A DNA stretch of 64,000 nt from Deltaproteobacteria bacterium. GTDB lineage: Bacteria > Desulfobacterota > Syntrophia > Syntrophales > UBA5619. The translations under genes and the position numbers were made by a program. Each line of letters begins with the position of its first letter. The first letter of the stretch is position 1. The DNA lies in assembly GCA_021817825.1 (NCBI GenBank), contig JAKAFS010000006.1, forward strand, positions 1,596-65,595. Reading direction: 5' to 3'. This document shows, one piece after another, positions 57,412-64,000 of this stretch. The notes below the pieces were generated by a model. It made no database searches. It was not told the DNA's origin and was given only the letters and a program-made list of their open reading frames with translations.

Positions 57412-58476
57412 ATGTCGAAACCCAGGATTTTTATTTTCGCTCCCGTCCACAGGATGGGCGCATCCGCCAATGCCTACGACCCGCTGGAAGAAGCCGCCGA
57501 GGTCATCTATGGCGACGCTTCGTGGCAGACGCCCCAGGGCAACAGCGAAGAGGAGATGTGCAGCATTGCCAAAAACGCTGATGCCCTGACCGGCGGTTCC
57601 ATCAAGAGCAGCCCCATTACCGGCAAAATCATGGACAGCGCGCCGAATCTGCGGATCGTTGCCAAATGCTCCATCGGCGTCGATGACGTCGATGTGGAAG
57701 CAGCCACCCGGCGGGGAATCCTGGTGACCCATGGCCCCACGGAATCCAACTGGTCGGGCGTCGCCGAAGGCGCCATGGCCATGATGCTGACGCTGCTTAA
57801 AAAGATTCGTGAAAGGGATGAATTCGTCAAGGCCGGCAAGTGGCGCGATCCCTCGCTCCAGGGCTGCTCTCTCAGCAGACACCAGGACGGTTATGCCGGC
57901 ATCACCGTCGGCATCATCGGCCTGGGCAGGATCGGCCGCCGTTTCGCCGACCTGCTGGCGCCTTGGCGGGTCCGGATCCTCGCCTATGATCCCTACGTGG
58001 AGGAGTCCTTCTTTATTCTCCACAATGTGGAACGGGTCGATCTTGCGACACTGCTGCAAGAATCCGATGTGGTCAGCCTCCATGTGGTCCACACCAAGGA
58101 AACCGAGCAGATGCTGGGCGCGAAGGAATTCGCCCTCATGAAGAAAGGGGCGGTGCTCGTCAATACGGCCCGCGGGATGTGCGTGAACGAAAAGGCGCTG
58201 GTGGCAGCGTTGCAAAGCGACCACCTCGCCGCCGCGGCGCTGGATAGCTTCATGGAGGAACCGCTGCCTGCCGATTCGCCGTTGCTCAAGCTGGGACATA
58301 AAGTGCTGTTGTCACCCCATATGGCCTCCTCCAATCTGGACGGCGGCCTGAGGCAGGGGATCATCTGGGCAAACCGCGCGGTCTTGGCGGCCTTCAAGGG
58401 CGAGGTGCCCGAGGGGGTCTACAACAAAGAGGTCATTCCCCGCTGGAAGGAACGGTTCGGCGGGCGCAAGCTGTAG
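57412..58476 (+). CDS. D-isomer-specific 2-hydroxyacid dehydrogenase
   Basis: GVDDVDVEAATRRGI, GIIGLGRIG, NTARG, EEP, SPHMAS. Confidence 0.92.
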   Translation: MSKPRIFIFAPVHRMGASANAYDPLEEAAEVIYGDASWQTPQGNSEEEMCSIAKNADALTGGSIKSSPITGKIMDSAPNLRIVAKCSIGVDDVDVEAATRRGILVTHGPTESNWSGVAEGAMAMMLTLLKKIRERDEFVKAGKWRDPSLQGCSLSRHQDGYAGITVGIIGLGRIGRRFADLLAPWRVRILAYDPYVEESFFILHNVERVDLATLLQESDVVSLHVVHTKETEQMLGAKEFALMKKGAVLVNTARGMCVNEKALVAALQSDHLAAAALDSFMEEPLPADSPLLKLGHKVLLSPHMASSNLDGGLRQGIIWANRAVLAAFKGEVPEGVYNKEVIPRWKERFGGRKL

Positions 58477-58593
58477 TCGTTTTCGTTGTCGGCAAAATAA
58501 GAGGTGTGGCAGATCGGGTCGAAATATCCGGTTGTTTTTGGATACGGGTCCGGTTATGTTGTCAGTCCCATAACTACTAAAAAGGGGGTCTCT

Positions 58594-59589
58594 ATGAAAC
58601 GAAAAGTGCTTTTGGTCGCGTTTTGCATGATGATGGGTTTTCTCTTGACGAGTCAGTGTCTGGCCGCTGAAGATGCGGCAACCTTTTACAAGGGAAAGAC
58701 GCTCAACATCCTCATTCCCAGCTCTCCGGGCGGCACCTTTGACCTGCTTTCCCGCGCCCTGGGTCCCTATCTCGAAAAGTATACGGGCGCCCGGCCGCTC
58801 ATGCAGAACAGCCGGAATATCCAAGTGCAGAATATGCTTTTTAGGAGCAAGCCGGACGGCTTGACGCTCGTTCTGGCCGGCCATGGACCGAAGGAAATCA
58901 CGGCCCAGATGTTCAAGCAGGAAGGGGTCGTCTTCGACTGGACCAAATTCACCCTCCTGGGACGGCTGCCCTCCAGCTCGACCGCCTTTGCCGTCGACAA
59001 AAAGATGGGCGTGAAAAAGCCGGCCGACCTGCGGGGCAAGGCCTTCTTCGCCGGCGCCAGCAGCCCCTTCTTCGAGCCCCTCTTTGCCGAGGCCTTGGGC
59101 TGGGATAAGATGATCGTCATTCCCGGCATGTCCGGCGGGGAAAGGTCCCTGGCAATGCGCCGGGGCGAAATTCAGGGCTGCTCCGGCGGCGCCGCCCAGA
59201 TGTCGAAGGATGCCGACCTGATGATGCCCATCGTCGTGTCGACCAAGGATCCCAAGGGGTTCCCCGGCATCCCGACCGCCGAGGAAGCGGCCGTCAAGGG
59301 CAAGGAAAAATGGGGTCGTTTGGCAGGCGCCTGGGACGAACTCATGTACTGGTCCTATGCGACCCCGGGTATCCCGCAGGATCGGGCGGCCTTCCTGGAA
59401 AGCGCACTACAGAAGGCGTACAATGACCCGGCCTACCGCGCCGACTTGGTGAAACTGAAGATCGACCTGTCGGAGCACTTTGTGGGGTCGAAGGAATTGA
59501 AGTCCTTGACCAAGGAAATCGAAGGCATGTCGGAAAAGGAAATCAAGGAGATGGAAACGATCATCGAAACGAAATACCTGAAAAAATAG
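58594..59589 (+). CDS. tctC: Tripartite tricarboxylate transporter substrate-binding protein
   Basis: Signal peptide, FYKGKTLNILIPSSPGGTFDLLSR, SKPDGLTL, PGIPT, PGIPQDR. Confidence 0.85.
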   Translation: MKRKVLLVAFCMMMGFLLTSQCLAAEDAATFYKGKTLNILIPSSPGGTFDLLSRALGPYLEKYTGARPLMQNSRNIQVQNMLFRSKPDGLTLVLAGHGPKEITAQMFKQEGVVFDWTKFTLLGRLPSSSTAFAVDKKMGVKKPADLRGKAFFAGASSPFFEPLFAEALGWDKMIVIPGMSGGERSLAMRRGEIQGCSGGAAQMSKDADLMMPIVVSTKDPKGFPGIPTAEEAAVKGKEKWGRLAGAWDELMYWSYATPGIPQDRAAFLESALQKAYNDPAYRADLVKLKIDLSEHFVGSKELKSLTKEIEGMSEKEIKEMETIIETKYLKK

Positions 59590-59610
59590 AAAAGACGGAC
59601 AGAATGGTCT

Positions 59611-59647
59611 TGGCTGGTTCCCGGGGGGGTGCCCCGGGAACCAGCCA
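59611..59647 (+). repeat. 16-bp-stem hairpin between tctC and tctA
   Basis: TGGCTGGTTCCCGGGG-gggtg-CCCCGGGAACCAGCCA. Confidence 0.7.
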
Positions 59648-59736
59648 GCGAGTTTGAACTTCCGGGCTCGGCCGGAGGCGATGTGATTTCTATTTTGTGT
59701 CGAGAAGTGGCTTAACTTCTGGAAGGAGGTACGCGC

Positions 59737-61218
59737 ATGCTTGAAGCTGCCGCAAGCGCATTGTTGCAACTGTTTACACCGTACTATTTTATGTTGTTCA
59801 TGATCGGGATTTTCTTGGGCCTCATCACGGGAATCATCCCCGGCGTCGGCGGGACCGTCGCCCTGGCCCTGATCCTTCCCTTCGTCATGAAGCTCGATGC
59901 TGCCGCGGCGCTGCCCCTGGTGATCGGTTTGATCTCCCCTGTGCTCACCTCGGACTCCATTCCCGCGATCCTCATCGGGGCGCCCGGTTCGGCGAGTGCC
60001 GCGGCCACGATGATGGACGGCTTTCCCATGGCCAAACGGGGGGAAGCCGGCCGGGCCTTGGGCATCGCCTTTACGGCCTCGGCCATCGGCGGCGTCTTCG
60101 GCGCAGTGCTGATCGCCGTTTCCATCCCGGTCCTGAAACCCCTGGTGCTCTTCTTTGAAACGCCGGAATTTCTGGCCATGAGCGTCCTGGCCATCTCCGC
60201 GGTGGCCATTCTCAGCGGCGGCAGCATTCTGAAGGGCGTCGGCGCCGCCGGGATCGGCCTTTTGCTGGCCATGGTCGGGGAGGATCCCATCCGCTTCGTG
60301 CCCCGCTGGAATTTCGGCGTCGAATATCTGGTCAACAGCATCCATATCATTCCCGTGGCCATGGGGCTCTTCGCGATCCCCGAGATGCTGGAAACCTGCA
60401 TCGGCGGCGCCGCCATTGCGGATGTCTCGGCAGAATCGATGAAGGGTAGACGGGTCGGGCTGATGGATGTGCTGCGGGAGTGGAAATTGGTATTGAGCTC
60501 CTCGGCCATTGCCTCGGTCATCGGATTTTTGCCCGGCTTGGGCAGCACGGTGTCGACCTGGATCTGCTACACCTGGGCGATGCTCACCAGCAAGGACAAA
60601 ACCGCTTTCGGCAAGGGCGACATCCGGGGCGTCATCGGCTGCGAAGCCGCCAACAACGCCAGCGCCGGCGGCGCCATGATTCCCACGATCGCCTTCGGCG
60701 TGCCGGGATCGACGATTACCGCTCTCGTCCTGGTCGTCTTCTGGGCGGTGGATATCAACCCGGGGCCGAAGTTGCTGACCGAACATCTGGATCTGGTCTA
60801 TTTGATCGTCTGGTCCATTGCCCTGGCCAACATCATCGGCGCCGCCATCTGCTATCTGGCGACCAATAAATTGGCCCTGCTCACCAAGGTGCCGGCCCAT
60901 ATCCTGGCCCCCCTGGTGATGACGGTGCTGGTGGCCGGCACCCTCTATGCCACGGCTTCCGTGGGCGGCGTCGTGGTCCTCATTGCCTTCGGGATTCTCG
61001 GTTGGTTCATGAAATCCCTCGGCTGGCCGCGCCCGGCCTTTTTGCTGGCCTTTATTCTGGGTCCGGTCATCGAGCGGTTCTACTTCCATTCGGTCATGAT
61101 GTACGGCAGCGGCTGGGTCGCCCGTCCCGCGGTGATCATCATCCTCCTTTTGGCCGTCGCCCTCATCTATACGGGATGGAAAATACAAGGTAAAGCCGAG
61201 CATCAGGGAGGAGCCTAA
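59737..61218 (+). CDS. tctA: Tripartite tricarboxylate transporter large permease
   Basis: GIIPGVGG, IPAILIGAPG, DGFPMAKRGEAGRAL, EAANNA, IPTIAFGVPGS. Confidence 0.93.
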   Translation: MLEAAASALLQLFTPYYFMLFMIGIFLGLITGIIPGVGGTVALALILPFVMKLDAAAALPLVIGLISPVLTSDSIPAILIGAPGSASAAATMMDGFPMAKRGEAGRALGIAFTASAIGGVFGAVLIAVSIPVLKPLVLFFETPEFLAMSVLAISAVAILSGGSILKGVGAAGIGLLLAMVGEDPIRFVPRWNFGVEYLVNSIHIIPVAMGLFAIPEMLETCIGGAAIADVSAESMKGRRVGLMDVLREWKLVLSSSAIASVIGFLPGLGSTVSTWICYTWAMLTSKDKTAFGKGDIRGVIGCEAANNASAGGAMIPTIAFGVPGSTITALVLVVFWAVDINPGPKLLTEHLDLVYLIVWSIALANIIGAAICYLATNKLALLTKVPAHILAPLVMTVLVAGTLYATASVGGVVVLIAFGILGWFMKSLGWPRPAFLLAFILGPVIERFYFHSVMMYGSGWVARPAVIIILLLAVALIYTGWKIQGKAEHQGGA

Positions 61219-61221
61219 ACC

Positions 61222-61689
61222 ATGAAAAACATCTTGCAATATACTTTTACATCCCTCTGGATCGTCGGCGTGGCGATTGCCCTTTATGTGGCCAGAAACT
61301 GGAATTCCACCACGGCCCTTTTCCCGAAATCGGTAGGATATCCGATGCTGGCCTTGTTGATTGCCATCCTGGTGATCGATATCCTCAAAGGCCTGCGCCG
61401 GAAAGAGAAGGGGAAAGGGGCTGAGGAAGACGATTTTTCCGCCAAGAACCGCTGCATGGTCGTTTATTTAAGCTGGCTGGTCGGGTTTGCGCTTCTCGTT
61501 TGGGCCATCAGTATTCAATATGCCATTCCGATCTACATCTTCGCCTATATGAAGATCCAGGGGAAATATAGCTGGCTCAAATCGGCTCTCTATGCAGCAG
61601 CCGCGACGGCCTTCGTTTTTCTCCTCTTTCAATATGCATTCAGCGTCTCCTGGCCCGATGGGGAGATCCAAACCCTGTTGGGTTTATAG
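61222..61689 (+). CDS. tctB: Tripartite tricarboxylate transporter small permease
   Basis: 155 aa, 4 TM helices, LFP near the N-terminus, F...F.V.WP.G C-terminus; follows tctA. Confidence 0.8.
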   Translation: MKNILQYTFTSLWIVGVAIALYVARNWNSTTALFPKSVGYPMLALLIAILVIDILKGLRRKEKGKGAEEDDFSAKNRCMVVYLSWLVGFALLVWAISIQYAIPIYIFAYMKIQGKYSWLKSALYAAAATAFVFLLFQYAFSVSWPDGEIQTLLGL

Positions 61690-61910
61690 ATCCCCAGGTC
61701 CTGCCATCACGCTGAGGCATGGAAAATTAAAAAGGTTTCTGAAGGCATTCAGAAACCTTTTTTTTCAGTCCCGGCCCCCCCGGATCGGCCTTGGCCGCCT
61801 TGAAGGGTCTGTGAAGATGTGGTACATGCCTGAGTCACAGGTCAGTCAGCCACTCATCGGTAAGAAAGCGAAACCGGGCAATGCAACCTTTTTAGCGATC
61901 AACGAAAGGG

Positions 61911-62960
61911 ATGAAAACCTTGAATGCCGTCAATGTGATATTGGGTTATAAACTTGCGGAGGGCTTCCGGCGCCGGATTGCCGAGCTGGACGGCCGGGTG
62001 AGGGTATGGGACCTGTCCGGTCTGCTCCAGAAAGAACTCCAGTGGACGGATCAGCCCCGGATATCCGGTGGGGAAAGGGCGGAACTCTACGGCCTGCTGC
62101 ACGATGCCGAAGTCTTTATCTTACCCAGGCCTCCCAAAAAAATGCCGTCCGGGTCGCCGAAAATTTCCGATATATTCTCTGAATCCTCAGGCTTGAAATG
62201 GATCCATTACGTCGGCGCCGGCCTGAACTGCTTCGATGAGATGGGGATCTGGGAAACGAAAGCGATCGTCACCAATTCTTCGGGGGTCGCGGCAATTCCC
62301 ATCTCGGAGCATGTTCTGTACATGATGCTGGTCTTTGCCCGCAAGGCCCTGGTCAACTTTGCGAACAAGACCGATAAACGCTGGGTGAGGATCAAGTCTT
62401 GCGAGCTGAGAGGAAAAACGTTGGGAATCCTGGGCTTCGGCCATATCGGTCAGGAGACTGCCCGGCTGGCCAAAGCCTTGGGCATGCGGGTCATCGTCAC
62501 CCGGCGGTCAGCCGTTCCGGAGTTGCCGACACCGAATGTGGACCAGGTCTATCCCCTCGATGACTTACTGGCGCTGCTGGCCGAGTGCGATTTTCTGCTG
62601 CTCGCCTTGCCGCTGACCCGAAAGACCGCGAAAATCATCGGCGCCGCCGAACTGCGGGCGATGAAACCCACGGCCTATCTGATCAACATCGCCCGCGGCA
62701 AGCTGATCGATGAACCGGCGCTGATCCAGGCGCTGGAGGAAGGATGGATTGCCGGGGCGGGACTCGACGTCTTTGCCGAAGAGCCGTTGCCGCCCGAGAA
62801 CCCACTCTGGGAGCTGCCGAACACGATCATCACCTGCCACGATTCCAATTCTACCGGAATGGCTGATGAGCGGATTGTCGAGCTCTTCTGCACCAATCTG
62901 AAAAAATACCTGAACAATGAACCGCTGCTCAATGTGGTGGATAAAGAAAAAGGATATTGA
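61911..62960 (+). CDS. D-2-hydroxyacid dehydrogenase family protein
   Basis: LKWIH..GAG, ISEH, GILGFGHIG, NIARG, EEPLP, NVVDKEKGY. Confidence 0.92.
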   Translation: MKTLNAVNVILGYKLAEGFRRRIAELDGRVRVWDLSGLLQKELQWTDQPRISGGERAELYGLLHDAEVFILPRPPKKMPSGSPKISDIFSESSGLKWIHYVGAGLNCFDEMGIWETKAIVTNSSGVAAIPISEHVLYMMLVFARKALVNFANKTDKRWVRIKSCELRGKTLGILGFGHIGQETARLAKALGMRVIVTRRSAVPELPTPNVDQVYPLDDLLALLAECDFLLLALPLTRKTAKIIGAAELRAMKPTAYLINIARGKLIDEPALIQALEEGWIAGAGLDVFAEEPLPPENPLWELPNTIITCHDSNSTGMADERIVELFCTNLKKYLNNEPLLNVVDKEKGY

Positions 62961-62966
62961 ATTGAA

Positions 62967-63037
62967 AGGCTGTTGAAAAACGCTCAGCTGCTGCGTTTTT
63001 GCAAACTCCTTAAGGACGGGCGGTGCTGTCGTACGTA
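62967..63037. repeat. Degenerate partial copy of the 39074-39196 MITE-like element
   Basis: AGGCTGTTGAAAAACGCTCAGCTGCTGCGTT matches the reverse complement of the element's right end at 29/31; CGTACGTA core remnant follows. Confidence 0.65.
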
Positions 63038-63060
63038 GGATGCAAAGAGGGGGTGTGGGA

Positions 63061-64000
63061 ATGAACTACGTTGCCAAACTGGCCAGGATCGACCTCGATA
63101 AAGGGAGCGGCGAGATTCTCGAGGTTGAAGCCGATGACCTGAGAAAATATATCGGCGGCTCGGGGCTGGGCGCAAAGATCCTCTGGGAGGAAACGTCGGC
63201 CGCCACCGGGCCTTTTTCGCCCGAGAACCGCCTGATGTTCATGAACGGCCCGCTTACGGGACAGGTGCCGCAGAGCAGCCGTACCGCCGTCTGTGGCCTG
63301 TCGCCGGCCAACGACGGCTGGGGTGAGGCCTTCGTGGGCGGTTCCTGGGGGGCGGAGTTCAGCCGGACCGGTCTTCTGGGGATCGTGATCGCAGGGCGGG
63401 CCAGCAGTCCCGTTTACATCAATATCAAGAACCAGGAGGTCCGGATCGAAGCGGCCGGCCATCTCTGGGGCAAGGACAGCTACGAGACCGACGACCTGTT
63501 GCACCGGGAAGTGGATGGCAAGGCCAGCGTCGCCGCCATCGGACGGGCCGGCGAGCGGCTGGTGCGCTTTGCCGGGATCGTCGTCGACGGCCGCCTGGGC
63601 CGGGTCGCGGCCCGGTGCGGTCTGGGGGCCGTCATGGGCTCCAAGAACCTCAAAGCCGTCGTGGTCCGCGGGACGCTTTTGCCTGCGGCCTGCGACGGGG
63701 CCGCTGTAAAGGCGATCAACAGGGAGGTCAACCGCCGCCTCGTCGAAAAGGCGCGCGGCCCGGGGGTCATGGAGACCAGGGAAGGGGTCAACGAGGCCTA
63801 CGAGTGGGGCGCCTTCGGGGTGCGGAACGGGACCCGGGGCCGCTGGGAGGCTTTCAAGGATAAATTCGCGGACGCGGGCCCGAGCGAGCATTACCATTGC
63901 CGTCTCTGTCCGACGAGTTGCCTGGAATCGCATGTGAAGGACGGGACAAGGCTTCCGGTCATGCATATGCTCATGTCCGCCGGCTCCAACTGTCTCATCG
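63061..64000 (+). CDS. Second aldehyde:ferredoxin oxidoreductase (AOR family), 3'-truncated by window edge
   Basis: Absent from the ORF track because it has no stop in the window; translates MNYVAKLARIDL...YIGGSGLGAKILW...GPLTG...IGRAGE...AARCGLGAVMGSKNLKAVVVRG...CRLCPTSC. Confidence 0.92.
   Translation, partial: MNYVAKLARIDLDKGSGEILEVEADDLRKYIGGSGLGAKILWEETSAATGPFSPENRLMFMNGPLTGQVPQSSRTAVCGLSPANDGWGEAFVGGSWGAEFSRTGLLGIVIAGRASSPVYINIKNQEVRIEAAGHLWGKDSYETDDLLHREVDGKASVAAIGRAGERLVRFAGIVVDGRLGRVAARCGLGAVMGSKNLKAVVVRGTLLPAACDGAAVKAINREVNRRLVEKARGPGVMETREGVNEAYEWGAFGVRNGTRGRWEAFKDKFADAGPSEHYHCRLCPTSCLESHVKDGTRLPVMHMLMSAGSNCLI

Noticed and set aside
63010-63966. 318-aa minus-strand ORF at the window end
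   Set aside because: Antisense to the AOR gene starting at 63061 on the + strand
1-64000. CRISPR arrays, tRNA/rRNA genes, transposases, integrases, prophage or defence genes
   Set aside because: No regularly spaced direct repeats, cloverleaf or rRNA signatures, or matching protein motifs were seen by eye; short RNAs could have been missed without a covariance search

Overview
GC-rich bacterial chromosomal segment. The gene content (FeoB, OprB porin, autotransporter, CoA transferases, AORs, sigma-54 regulation) suggests an anaerobic Gram-negative, probably Desulfobacterota/Syntrophales-like; that assignment is inference. From left to right: (1) 1-3.5 kb, a metal-homeostasis block with the end of feoB, a Cys-rich FeoB-associated protein, an OprB-family porin and a yybP-ykoY (Mn2+) riboswitch ahead of a TerC gene. 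(2) 3.8-6.3 kb, a tandem array of five small secreted Cys-rich proteins of no family I recognise, three of which share a CxxxC-Xn-CxxxC module. (3) 6.4-31.5 kb, mixed housekeeping and accessory genes (nadD, proA, patatin, autotransporter, radical SAM, beta-oxidation enzymes, CoA transferase, multi-PAS hybrid kinase, transporters). (4) From 31.7 kb to the window end, a >32-kb organic-acid catabolic island. It centres on a PrpR-like sigma-54 activator with three sigma-54 promoters, two of which share a duplicated 51-bp upstream element at the same spacing. The island encodes the YbhJ aconitase-family hydratase, citDEF whose CitD lacks the prosthetic-group serine (no citC/G/X in the window), a LeuA-family synthase, MLE-family, PrpD-family, ThDP, amidohydrolase and lactonase enzymes, three D-2-hydroxyacid dehydrogenases, two AORs, a family-5 ABC importer and a TctCAB transporter. 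A MITE-like element lies between citE and citF, with a remnant copy at about 63 kb. No rRNA, tRNA, CRISPR array or transposase was seen.
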